64,000 nucleotides of DNA from contig CAVXWZ010000011.1 in the NCBI GenBank assembly GCA_963765575.1, forward strand, positions 352,001 to 416,000, given 5' to 3'. Both the position numbers and the translations under genes were made by a program. The stretch comes from an uncultured cyanobacterium. Its GTDB lineage: Bacteria; Cyanobacteriota; Cyanobacteriia; PCC-6307; Cyanobiaceae. The stretch's first letter is position 1. Every line of letters begins with the position of its first letter. The notes beneath the pieces are model-generated. The model ran no database searches and was not told the DNA's origin. It was given only the letters and a program-made list of their open reading frames with translations. Below are positions 46,325 to 59,598 of the stretch, piece by piece.

Positions 46325-47068
46325 ATGTGCACCACCTGCAACTGCGGCCAGATCGAGCCGGCGGTGATCGCCGCCGCCGCTCCCAGCGTCCGGCGCCTGG
46401 AGCTGGGTGAGGCCCTGCTCTCCCACAACGACGCCCACGCCGCCGCCCTGCGCCAGCGCTTCGCGGCGGCGACCCTGCCGGTGATCAACCTGCTCTCCTC
46501 CCCCGGTTCGGGCAAAACCGCCCTGCTGGAGCGCCTGGGCCACGACTGGAGCGGCAGCGGCCGGCTGGGGGCGATCGTGGGTGATCTGGCCACCGACAAC
46601 GACGCCCGCCGCCTGCGCGCCGCCGGCATCGACGCGGTGCAGATCACCACCGGCCAGGCCTGCCACCTGGAGGCCTCGATGCTGGAGCGGGCCCTCGATC
46701 ACTTCGATCTGGCCACGCTGGAGCTGCTGGTGATCGAGAACGTGGGCAACCTCGTGTGTCCGGCCGCCTACGACCTGGGCGAGAGCCTGCGGCTGGTGCT
46801 GCTGGCCGTCACCGAAGGCGAGGACAAGCCCCTCAAGTACCCCGCCATGTTCCACAGCGCCGATGTGGTGGTGATCAACAAGATCGACCTGGCCGCGGCG
46901 GTGGAGTTCGACCGCGAGCACGCCCATCGCCACATCGCCCGGGTGGCGCCCGCCGCCCGGATCGTGGAGGTGTCGGCCCGCACCGGTGCGGGCATGGACG
47001 GGTTGCGCCAGGCCATCGCCGCTGGCCTGGCGGCGCCTGCCGGGGTTCCGGCGCCAGCGCTGGCCTGA
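46325..47068 (+). CDS. hypB: Hydrogenase nickel GTPase
   Basis: MCTTCNC, SSPGSGKT, TGQACHL, ENVGNLVCP, NKID. Confidence 0.95.
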   Translation: MCTTCNCGQIEPAVIAAAAPSVRRLELGEALLSHNDAHAAALRQRFAAATLPVINLLSSPGSGKTALLERLGHDWSGSGRLGAIVGDLATDNDARRLRAAGIDAVQITTGQACHLEASMLERALDHFDLATLELLVIENVGNLVCPAAYDLGESLRLVLLAVTEGEDKPLKYPAMFHSADVVVINKIDLAAAVEFDREHAHRHIARVAPAARIVEVSARTGAGMDGLRQAIAAGLAAPAGVPAPALA

Positions 47069-47077
47069 GCCCGTTCC

Positions 47078-49624
47078 ATGGCCGAGCCGGCCCGGCTGTT
47101 GCTGCACTGCCGCGGCACCGTGCAGGGGGTGGGCTTCCGGCCGTTTGTGCATCGCCTTGCCGGTGAGCTGGCGCTGGTGGGGGAGGTGGAAAACGTGGCC
47201 GGAGCGGTGCGGGTGGATCTGCAGGGGGAACGCCCGGCCCTGGAGACGTTTCTGGGCCGCCTCCGCAGCGAGCTGCCCATGCCGGCGCGGCTGCAGCCGC
47301 TGCAGCCCCGTTGGCTGCCGCCCCGGGCCCAGCCCCCCAGCGGCCTGCGCATCGCCGCGGCGGCGCCTCGCCCCCTGGGCGCCGGCCTGATCGCCCCGGC
47401 CCTGGTGGCCGACCTGGCGCCCTGTGCGGCCTGCCGCGCCGAGCTGGCCGACCCCGCCAACCGCCGCCACCGCTACCCGTTCATCAGCTGCAGCGCCTGC
47501 GGGCCGCGCTATGCGATCGCCACCGCCGAGCCCTTTGCCCGCGCCCACACCACCCTGGCCGCCTTCCCGCTCTGTGCCGCCTGCCGCCGGGAGTTCGCCG
47601 ATCCCGCCGACCGTCGCTTCCACGCCGAAACCATCGGCTGCCCCGCCTGCGGGCCGCGGCTGGAGCTGCTCGCCACCCGCGCCACTGCCACCAGCGCGGC
47701 TCCGGATCCGTCCAGGGAGCCTGACCAGGCCCTCGATCCAATCGCCGCGGCGGCCCAGCTGTTGCTCGGTGGCGGCATCCTGGCGTTGCAGGGGGTGGGC
47801 GGCTTCCAGCTGCTGGTGGATGCCACCCAGCCGGCGGCCGTGGAGCGGCTGCGGCGGCGCAAGCGGCGCCCCGCCAAACCCTTCGCCCTGCTGGTGGCCG
47901 AGCCGGATTGGCTGGCGACTGCAGTGGAGATCGGGGCGGCGGAGCGGCGTCTGCTGGCCTCAGCCGCGGCCCCGATCGTGCTGCTGCGCCGCCGCCACGA
48001 CCCGGCCGCGGCCCCTGTGGTGGCCCCCCAGGTGGCCCCGGGCAGTCCGGCCCTGGGCGTGATGCTGCCTGCTTCGCCCCTGCATCTGCTGCTGGCGCGG
48101 GCGGTGGGCCGCCCGCTGGTGGCCACCAGCGGCAACCCCAGCGGCGAGCCGCTGGCCATCGATCCGCTGGAGGCGCGGCAGCGGCTGGGCGCCATCGCCG
48201 CTGGCTTCCTGGTGCACAACCGCCCCATCGCCCGCCCCCTCGACGACTCCCTCGTGCAGCTGATCGACGGCCAGCCGGCCCTGCTGCGCCGGGCCCGTGG
48301 CTACGCCCCCGCTGCCCTGGAGCTGCCGGCGCCACCGCCCGCGGATCGCACCGTGCTGGCCCTGGGCGGTGATCTCAAGGCGGCGCCGGCCCTGGCCCGC
48401 GCTGGAGGCATCTGGCTGGCGCCCTTCCAGGGCGATCTCGCCGGCGCCCGCCAGCAGCAGACCGTGGAGTCGGGGCTGGAGCAGCTGCTGCAACGCCTGG
48501 CCACCGACAACCAAAACAACAACGGCACCGGCACTGGACCGGCCTTGGAGGCCCTGGTCGCCGACGCCCATCCCGGCTATGTGGGCCGGGCCCTGGCGGA
48601 GCGGCTGGCGCGCCGTCACGGGCTGCCCCTGCACTTGGTGCAGCACCACGGCGCCCACGGCCTGGCGGTGGCGGCCGAGCACGGCCTCGAGGGCCCCCTG
48701 CTGGTGTGGGCCGCCGATGGACTCGGCTACGGCCCCGGTCCCGGCCACCAGCTCTGGGGTGGCGAGTTGTTGCTGCTCAACGCTGGCGCAGCGGCGCAGC
48801 GGTTGGCCTGTCTGCGGCCCTTCCCGCTGCCGGGGGGAGAGCGGGCGATGCGCGAATCGCGCCGGGCCGCCCTGGGGCTGCTGCTGGCGGTGGGGCCGGA
48901 GCTGGTCGAGCACCCCGGTGCCGCCGCCAGCCGGCACGCCTTTGACGCCGCCGAGCTCCGGCTGCTGAGCGCGGCGGTGCGCAGCGGCTGCAACGCGCCG
49001 CTCAGCTCGGGCCTGGGGCGCCTGTTCGACGCCGTCGCCTCGCTGCTGGGGGTGGTGCAGGAGCAGAGCTTCGAGGGGGAGTCGGGGCTGCTGCTGCAGG
49101 GCCTGGCGCAGCGCTGGGGCGAGCCGCAGCAGCTGGCCCCTCCGCTGCCAGCCGTGCCCCCGCTGCCGGTGCCCTCAAATGCTCTGCCCCTGATCCCGGC
49201 GCCGGAGCTGCCCCTGGGCTGGCTCGACTGGGAGCCGCTGCTGCGCCAGCTGCTGGCCGCTCGGGCGGCCGGGGTGGAGGCGGGCCCCCTGGCGGCCCGG
49301 TTCCATGCCGCGCTGGTGCAAGGGCTGGTGGCCGCCGCCGGGCGGGCGGCCGACCTCACCGGCTGCCGGCGGGTGGCCCTGGCCGGCGGCTGCTTCCAGA
49401 ACGCCCTGCTGCTGGAGGGCTGCATCGCCGCTCTGCGGGCCGCCGGCCTGGAGCCCTGGTGGTCGTGGCAACTGCCCTGTAACGACGGCGGCCTGGCCCT
49501 GGGCCAGCTGTGGGCAGTCCTGAAGCACCGGCCTATAACGAAATCGGATCCCCCCGATCCCCCCACCTCCGCTTTCCGCACCCATGTGCCTGGCCACGCC
49601 CGGGGTGATCCTGGCGATCAGTGA
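47078..49624 (+). CDS. hypF: Carbamoyltransferase
   Basis: GTVQGVGFRPF acylphosphatase domain, zinc fingers, ATSGN, RRARGY, GGCFQN, NDGGLALGQ. Confidence 0.94.
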   Translation: MAEPARLLLHCRGTVQGVGFRPFVHRLAGELALVGEVENVAGAVRVDLQGERPALETFLGRLRSELPMPARLQPLQPRWLPPRAQPPSGLRIAAAAPRPLGAGLIAPALVADLAPCAACRAELADPANRRHRYPFISCSACGPRYAIATAEPFARAHTTLAAFPLCAACRREFADPADRRFHAETIGCPACGPRLELLATRATATSAAPDPSREPDQALDPIAAAAQLLLGGGILALQGVGGFQLLVDATQPAAVERLRRRKRRPAKPFALLVAEPDWLATAVEIGAAERRLLASAAAPIVLLRRRHDPAAAPVVAPQVAPGSPALGVMLPASPLHLLLARAVGRPLVATSGNPSGEPLAIDPLEARQRLGAIAAGFLVHNRPIARPLDDSLVQLIDGQPALLRRARGYAPAALELPAPPPADRTVLALGGDLKAAPALARAGGIWLAPFQGDLAGARQQQTVESGLEQLLQRLATDNQNNNGTGTGPALEALVADAHPGYVGRALAERLARRHGLPLHLVQHHGAHGLAVAAEHGLEGPLLVWAADGLGYGPGPGHQLWGGELLLLNAGAAAQRLACLRPFPLPGGERAMRESRRAALGLLLAVGPELVEHPGAAASRHAFDAAELRLLSAAVRSGCNAPLSSGLGRLFDAVASLLGVVQEQSFEGESGLLLQGLAQRWGEPQQLAPPLPAVPPLPVPSNALPLIPAPELPLGWLDWEPLLRQLLAARAAGVEAGPLAARFHAALVQGLVAAAGRAADLTGCRRVALAGGCFQNALLLEGCIAALRAAGLEPWWSWQLPCNDGGLALGQLWAVLKHRPITKSDPPDPPTSAFRTHVPGHARGDPGDQ

Positions 49625-49837
49625 CGGCCACCCCGAGGTCGCCGCCAACCCTCTCGCCACCAGCCCTCTCGCTGCCGATCCGCTCTGGCGCTGCGCCGAG
49701 GTGGATTTCGGCGGCGTGCGCCAGCAGGTGAGCCTGGCCTGTCTGCCCGAGGCCACGGTGGGCGACCGGGTGCTGGTGCATGTGGGCGTGGCCCTGAGCC
49801 TGGTGCAGGACGACGACTTACCCAGCCTCCCGACCCG

Positions 49838-49841
<4 letters not shown>
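49584..49841 (+). CDS. hypC: Hydrogenase assembly chaperone
   Basis: MCLATPG...VDFGGVRQQVSL...VGDRVLVHVGVAL. Confidence 0.93.
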
Positions 49842-53679
<3,838 letters not shown>

Positions 53680-53683
<4 letters not shown>

Positions 53684-54693
53684 GCGTGCAGACCGCCGTG
53701 GACCTCAGCACCACCTATCTCGGCCTGCCCCTGCGCACGCCCCTGGTGGTGGGCGCCGCCGGGCCCCTCAGCGAGCACGTGCAGCAGCTGCAGGAGCTGG
53801 AGCGGCACGGTGCCGCGGCGATCGTGCTGCACTCGCTGTTCGAGGAGCAGATCCGGCAGGAACAGCTCGATCTGCAGTGGCACGCCAACCAGGGCGCCGA
53901 GAGCTACGGCGAGGCCCTCAGCTACCTGCCCGAGACCGCCGTGCTGCACGAGGGTCAGGACCTCTACCTGGGCCTGATCGAGCAGGCCCGGCGCCGGCTG
54001 CAGGTGCCGGTGATCGCCAGCCTCAACGGCACCCACCCCGGCCGCTGGGTGGAGAGCGCGCGGCGCATCGAGGCCGCCGGTGCCCACGCCCTCGAGCTCA
54101 ACATCTACGACCTGCCCACCGACCCGGAGCTGAGCAGCCTCGCGATCGAAAACCAGATGGAGGAGATCGTGCGGGAGGTGCGCGCCGAGGTGCGCCTGCC
54201 CCTGGCGGTGAAGCTCAGCCCCTTCTTCACCAACCTGCCGGCGATGGCGCGGCGGCTGGGGCGGGCCGGCGCCGATGGTCTGGTGCTGTTCAACCGCTTC
54301 TACCAGCCCGACATCGACATCGAGGAGCTGGAGGTGCGCCCCAACCTGCTGCTCTCCAACCCCCACGACCTGCGCCTGCCGCTGCGCTGGATCGCCCTGC
54401 TGCATGGCCGCGAGCCCGTCGATCTGATCGCCAGCGGCGGCGTTTCGCGCGGCACCGACGTGGTGCGGCTGCTGATGGCCGGTGCCTGCGCCACCCAGCT
54501 GGTGGCGGCGCTGCTGCGCCACGGGCCCGAGCGCCTGCGGGGCATCGAGGACGAACTCGCCACCTGGTTGATGGAGCACGACTACAGCTCCCTGGCCGAC
54601 CTCCGCGGCTGCATGAGCCAGCTGCGCTGCGCCGAGCCGGGTGAATACGAGCGGGCGCAGTACATGCGCGTGCTGCAGAGCTACCGCCCATGA
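53680..54693 (+). CDS. Dihydroorotate-dehydrogenase-like FMN protein
   Basis: DLSTTYLGLPL, PVIASLN, ELNIY, VKLSP, LFNRF, SGGV. Confidence 0.85.
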
Positions 54694-55829
54694 CGCCGCC
54701 CATCACCACGCCCGTGAGCGCTCCCGCCCGTCGCGTCGCCGAGCTGGCCGCCGAGCTGGCCGCCATCACCACCCGGCCCTGGACCCTGATGGAGGTGTGT
54801 GGCGGCCAGACCCACGCGATCGTGCGCTGGGGGCTCGACCAGCTGCTGCCGCCGGGGGTGGAGTTGATCCACGGCCCCGGCTGTCCGGTGTGCGTGACGC
54901 CGGCCGCCACCATCGACGCCGCCCTGGCCCTGGCCCGGCGGCCGGAGGTGATCCTCTGCTCCTACGGCGACATGCTGCGGGTGCCGGGCAGCGATCCCGG
55001 CGACGATCTGCTCGGGGTGCGCGCCGCCGGTGGCGACGTGCGGCTGCTCACCTCGCCGCTGCAGGCCCTGGAACTGGCCCGCAACCACCCCGACCGCCAG
55101 GTGGTGTTCCTGGCCGTGGGCTTCGAAACCACTGCCCCCGCCACGGCGCTGCTGGCCCGCCAGGCCCTGGCGCTGGGGTTCACCAACCTCTCGCTGCTGG
55201 TGGCCCATGTGCGCGTGGTGCCGGCCATGGCCACGATCCTGCAGGACCCCGGCAACCGCGTGCAGGGCTTCCTGGCGGCCGGCCACGTGGGCACGGTGAT
55301 GGGCCTGGCGGAGCTGGAGGACTTGGTGCAGTGCCACCAGCTGCCGGTGGCGATGACGGGCTTCGAGCCCGCCGATGTGATGGCCGGCCTGCTGGCCTGC
55401 GTGCGCCTGCTGGAGGCGGGCACGGCGCAGGTGGTGAACGCCTACGGCCGGGTGGTGCGCCCGGCGGGCAACGCCGCCGCCCAGCGGCAGATCGAGGCGG
55501 TGTTCGCGGTGGTGGATCAGACCTGGCGCGGCCTCGGGGTGCTGGCCGGCGGCGGCCTGGCCCTGCGCGGTGACTACCGCCGCCTGGATGCCCGCGAGCG
55601 CTTCGCCCTCTCCGGCCCCGCTGACGACGAATCTCGCTGCGGCAATTCGGTGTGCATCAGCGCGGCCATCCTGCGCGGCCAGGCGACGCCGCCCGAGTGC
55701 CCGGCCTTCGGCAGCAGCTGCACGCCCCACCACCCCCTGGGGGCGCCGATGGTGTCGAGCGAGGGGGCCTGCGCCGCCTACCACCGCTACAGGCCGGTGT
55801 CGGTGAGGTCGGCGTCGATCGGGCCCTGA
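54690..55829 (+). CDS. hypD: Hydrogenase maturation protein HypD
   Basis: MEVCGGQTH, GPGCPVC, GFETTAP, GHV, CPAFG..CTP..PLGAPMVSSEGAC. Confidence 0.96.
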   Translation: MTPPITTPVSAPARRVAELAAELAAITTRPWTLMEVCGGQTHAIVRWGLDQLLPPGVELIHGPGCPVCVTPAATIDAALALARRPEVILCSYGDMLRVPGSDPGDDLLGVRAAGGDVRLLTSPLQALELARNHPDRQVVFLAVGFETTAPATALLARQALALGFTNLSLLVAHVRVVPAMATILQDPGNRVQGFLAAGHVGTVMGLAELEDLVQCHQLPVAMTGFEPADVMAGLLACVRLLEAGTAQVVNAYGRVVRPAGNAAAQRQIEAVFAVVDQTWRGLGVLAGGGLALRGDYRRLDARERFALSGPADDESRCGNSVCISAAILRGQATPPECPAFGSSCTPHHPLGAPMVSSEGACAAYHRYRPVSVRSASIGP

Positions 55830-56872
55830 CCGGCGGGCTTCCAGGGCATCTTCGCCAGACCCAGGGGCTGCAGCCGCTCCAGCGCCGCCAGCTGCAGGCT
55901 GCCGATGCGGTCGCGCACCCAGGGCAGGGCCAGGGGATCGAGGCCGTTCCAGGGCAGGAAGGGGTTGCGGCGCAGGGCGGCGTAGATCTCCACCCGGCAG
56001 GTGGGGTGGTCGCTGGGGGTGCGGCCGTGGAAGCCGCGGGTGTCGGCGATCACCAGGGTGTTGGCCTTCACCGCGAAGCGGCGCGGCGGGCCCAGGCCCA
56101 TGGCCGCCAGGTCGGCGGGCTCCACCCGGAAGGAGCCGCGGCCGTGATACACGATCGGGTGCTGGGCCGCCTCCAGGCTCTGGCGCCGCTCCCAGGCCAG
56201 CCGCGTCGGGGTCATGCGATGGGAGCCGCCCACGTAGGCGAAGGGACCCTCGTCCTCCCCCACGTCGTGCAGGAAAAACCAGGCCTTGGCGAGCGAATGG
56301 AAGGTGTCGGCGTGGAGGCTGGCCTGGGGATCGGGCCGCTGGCTCGGCAGGCCGGCCAGGATCGCCTGCAGGGAAAAGATCGGCTCGGCCCCGGTGCCGG
56401 CCACATAGCGGATCAGGTTGCGGATCTCGCGGCTGGCCACCAGCTGCTCCAGCTGCGGATGGCGGCCGCGCAGGCGGGCGCGGTCGAGGGCCACCCGGCG
56501 GGTGATGGCGTTGCCCTGGCGCATCTCCCGCCGCGGCCAGTCGCTGCCATGGATCTCCCGCAGCAGGGCCGCAAACTGCTCGGCGGGCAGCAGGTTCTCG
56601 CGGATCACGTAGCCCTGCTCGGCGTACTGGCGGCGGTCGGCGGCCTCGATGCCGTGGCCCAGCCGCCAGCGACGCTGGGCGGTGATGGCATCGGCCAGGC
56701 GGATGCGGCCCACGTGCAGGCCGAGGCGGTTCAGGCGCCGGCTGCCGATCACCGGGTTGTCGCGGAACGACTTGGCGCCGCTGAGCAGGGCCAGTGGCGC
56801 CAGGGCGGTGCGTAGCGCGCGGGAGGGTTGGGGCTGCGCCATCGGCGGCGGATCGCTGGGCGGATCTGCCAT
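55787..56872 (-). CDS. Fe(II)/2-oxoglutarate dioxygenase (PhyH-like)
   Basis: YAEQGYVIRENLL, LHADTFH (HxD), GPFAYVGGSH, DTRGFHGR. Confidence 0.8.
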   Translation of the reverse strand: MADPPSDPPPMAQPQPSRALRTALAPLALLSGAKSFRDNPVIGSRRLNRLGLHVGRIRLADAITAQRRWRLGHGIEAADRRQYAEQGYVIRENLLPAEQFAALLREIHGSDWPRREMRQGNAITRRVALDRARLRGRHPQLEQLVASREIRNLIRYVAGTGAEPIFSLQAILAGLPSQRPDPQASLHADTFHSLAKAWFFLHDVGEDEGPFAYVGGSHRMTPTRLAWERRQSLEAAQHPIVYHGRGSFRVEPADLAAMGLGPPRRFAVKANTLVIADTRGFHGRTPSDHPTCRVEIYAALRRNPFLPWNGLDPLALPWVRDRIGSLQLAALERLQPLGLAKMPWKPAGQGPIDADLTDTGL

Positions 56873-56906
56873 TCTCCGACCAGGCCCAGCCCAGCGCCCG
56901 AGCCCC

Positions 56907-57908
56907 ATGACCGAGCGGATCCAGCTGGCCCACGGCGGCGGCGGCAGCCTGATGCAGGAGCTGATCCGCCGCGACCTGCTGCCGCTCTATGGCGAGCCGG
57001 CGCCGGTGCTGCACGATGCCGCCAGCCTGGAGCTGCCCTCCGGCCGCCTGGCCTTCACCAGCGACTCCTACGTGGTGCAGCCGCTGGAGTTCCCCGGTGG
57101 CGACATCGGCCGCCTGGCGGTGGTGGGCACCGCCAACGACCTGGCCATGGCCGGTGCCCGACCCCGCCACCTGAGCGTGGCCCTGATCCTCGAAGAGGGC
57201 CTGCCGATGGCGTTGCTGCGCCGCATGGTGGCCTCGATGGTGGCGGCGGCGAGCGCCTGTGGGGTGAGCATCGTCACCGGCGACACCAAGGTGGTGGAGC
57301 GGGGCAAGGCCGACCGTCTGTTCATCAGCACCAGCGGCATCGGTGTGATCGAGGCCGTCGAGCCGATCAGCCCGGTGGCGATCCGCCCCGGCGATGCCCT
57401 GCTGGTGAGCGGCGATCTGGGCCGCCATGGCGTGGCGATCCTGGCGGCCCGCCACGGGCTCGACCTGCAGCCGCCGGTGCTGAGCGACTGTGCGCCGCTC
57501 TGGCCCCAGGTGGCCGCCCTGCTGGAGGCCGGGGTCAAGCCCCACTGCCTGCGCGATCTCACCCGCGGTGGACTGGCCAGTGCCCTGGTGGAGCTGGCCG
57601 AGGCGGCCGATCTGGAATTTGCTGTGCAGGAGGAGCGGTTGCCGGTGATCGAGCCGGTGGCGCGCACCTGTGAGCTGCTGGGTTTCGAGCCACTGCACCT
57701 GGCCAATGAGGGCCGCTTCCTGGCGGTGCTGCCCGCCGAGCAGCTGGAGCGGGCCCTGGCGCTGCTGGGCCCGGGCGGCGCGGCCTGCATCGGCAGCGTG
57801 CGCGCCCGGCCCGCCGGCGCCTCGGCCCGGGTGCTGCTGGCCACGGCCCTGGGCACCGAGCGGTTGCTGTTACCCCTGAGCGGCGAGCTGCTCCCCCGCA
57901 TCTGCTGA
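56907..57908 (+). CDS. hypE: Hydrogenase maturation protein HypE
   Basis: LAHGGGG, FPGGDIG, GDTKVV, RDLTRGG, ANEG, C-terminal PRIC. Confidence 0.96.
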   Translation: MTERIQLAHGGGGSLMQELIRRDLLPLYGEPAPVLHDAASLELPSGRLAFTSDSYVVQPLEFPGGDIGRLAVVGTANDLAMAGARPRHLSVALILEEGLPMALLRRMVASMVAAASACGVSIVTGDTKVVERGKADRLFISTSGIGVIEAVEPISPVAIRPGDALLVSGDLGRHGVAILAARHGLDLQPPVLSDCAPLWPQVAALLEAGVKPHCLRDLTRGGLASALVELAEAADLEFAVQEERLPVIEPVARTCELLGFEPLHLANEGRFLAVLPAEQLERALALLGPGGAACIGSVRARPAGASARVLLATALGTERLLLPLSGELLPRIC

Positions 57909-58484
57909 GCCACAGCGCCAGCAGGCCAGGCCGCCGCCGCGCCCCCGGGCCAGCAGCCAGCGCCCCTGCCCATCGCTGCCCGTGGCGATCAGGGCGAAGA
58001 ACGGTTGCTTGCGGGGATCTGACGGTGGCAGGGGGCGCTGCAGCAAGCGCCGGGAACCGAGCCAGAGTTCCAGCTGCTCGAAGCCGAACTGCAGCAGCGG
58101 CCGCCGGCCCAGCAGACGTCCCGAGCCCTGGAAGCGCAGCTCCAGCGCGCCGAGCCGCACGCTGTTGCAGAGCTGCAGCGGTGCTCCCGGGGTGACCGTG
58201 AGGCTTGCCCCCAGCAGGCGCAGCAGGGCGGCCTGGGAATCCTGGGGCGCCGCCGGCCCCTTGCTCCAGAGGTGTCGCAGCTCCCAGGCGCCCACCACCT
58301 GGTCGACGCCGATCCCCGATCCGGCCCGGCGCGCCTGCCGTTCCAATGCCAGCACGCGCTCGCCATCGGGCCGGCCGCCGGCTGCGAAGGGGCTGTCTGG
58401 GGCGGGGGGAGAGGGAATCGGAGAGGAGATCAACGGCGGGCCTGCTTCACATTGCTTGACGCGACCCTGAGTATCCCTGCTCAA
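57870..58484 (-). CDS. Hypothetical protein (possible beta-barrel); start uncertain
   Basis: GAWELRHLW, NSVRLGALELRF, PFFALIA, ARGRGGGLACW; protein-like. Confidence 0.55.
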   Translation of the reverse strand: MSRDTQGRVKQCEAGPPLISSPIPSPPAPDSPFAAGGRPDGERVLALERQARRAGSGIGVDQVVGAWELRHLWSKGPAAPQDSQAALLRLLGASLTVTPGAPLQLCNSVRLGALELRFQGSGRLLGRRPLLQFGFEQLELWLGSRRLLQRPLPPSDPRKQPFFALIATGSDGQGRWLLARGRGGGLACWRCGSADAGEQLAAQG

Positions 58485-58548
58485 CCTGCTTGTGTCGCAG
58501 GAGGTCTGGCCATACGGTGAAAATCACCACTTCAACCCCGAGGGAGCC

Positions 58549-58761
58549 ATGACCATCGAGCATGCCGATTTCCAGCTTGAGAATCGGGCTAATCAGGGCG
58601 TTGACGGGATGGCTCGGGTGCTGGTTGCCGACCTTCAGGTCAGCCAGGTCGAGGTTGCCGCTGATCCGGTGGAGGCCTACTTCGAGTGCATCACCACCTG
58701 CTCCCTTGACGATGGTGAATGCGTCACCACCTGCACCGATTTGCTGCGGGAACAGATGTGA
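58549..58761 (+). CDS. Small acidic protein with CxxxC-x6-CxxxC
   Basis: GGGAG SD; YFECITTCSLDDGECVTTC. Confidence 0.75.
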   Translation: MTIEHADFQLENRANQGVDGMARVLVADLQVSQVEVAADPVEAYFECITTCSLDDGECVTTCTDLLREQM

Positions 58762-58767
58762 TCACGA

Positions 58768-59472
58768 TCAGATGATCTCCACGTTGCCGTTGTTTCTCAC
58801 CACCAGCGTGCCGTTCTGCTGATCGATGTCGATACGGTCGCGGCGCCGTCCACCGATGGCGCCCACCGTGTCGAAGTCGAACAATCGCAGCCTGTCGTCA
58901 CGCCGCTCGATGCGTACTTCCCGGCCTCGGCGTCCACCCCCGCGGCGCCGCAGGTCGTAGCGGCCAGTGGGTAGCTCAAGGCTGTCGCGCTCCTCCTCGC
59001 TGCCGAACACGGTGTGCTCGCCGAAGCCGATGAAGGTGTTGCGGCCCTGACCCAGGTCGATGAAGCCGCGGCCGCGGATGCCGCCGTCGCTCACATCGAC
59101 CAGATCGTCGCCACCCTGCATGAACACGAAGCGGCGGTTGCGCATGGCCCGATCGCCGCCGGAAGCCTCAAGGCTGTCGTCGCCGGGGCCCATGTAGATG
59201 AAGCCCTCATTGCGGATGCCGATGCCGTTGCGGCTGCTGCCGATCAGCTGGTCATCGCCGCGGCCGAACTGCAGGTTGCCACGATCGCTGAAGTAGCCGG
59301 GCTTGCTGTTGCGGCGCCGGCCGATGATCACATCGTCGCCCCTGAGCGCATTGATCAGGTCGCGGCCATCGGTGCGCACGCCCCCGCGCTCATCGATCAC
59401 CCGATTGACCCGGCGGCTCCAGCGGCCGCTCGTGGCGCCGGACCACCCTTCGGGGTTGAGAATGGTTGCCAA
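58768..59472 (-). CDS. RTX/hemolysin-type repeat-like protein, Arg-rich
   Basis: Repeated GxGDDxxxG-like units (LRGDDVIIG, GRGDDQLIG, GPGDDSL, QGGDDLV). Confidence 0.7.
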   Translation of the reverse strand: MATILNPEGWSGATSGRWSRRVNRVIDERGGVRTDGRDLINALRGDDVIIGRRRNSKPGYFSDRGNLQFGRGDDQLIGSSRNGIGIRNEGFIYMGPGDDSLEASGGDRAMRNRRFVFMQGGDDLVDVSDGGIRGRGFIDLGQGRNTFIGFGEHTVFGSEEERDSLELPTGRYDLRRRGGGRRGREVRIERRDDRLRLFDFDTVGAIGGRRRDRIDIDQQNGTLVVRNNGNVEII

Positions 59473-59598
59473 GGGTGCCGTGCGCAGGAGCGCCCCGATC
59501 CTCCCACCGCGTTCCTGGCAGGGTCAAGGCGCGCTGCTCAAGGGCGGGCGCCAGGCTGGCGGCCCTGTGTCGCTGGCTCCGCAGGGGCCGAGGAACCG

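Noticed and set aside
58549..58761. CP12 protein
   Set aside because: Lacks the AWD_VEEL core and CP12 cysteine spacing
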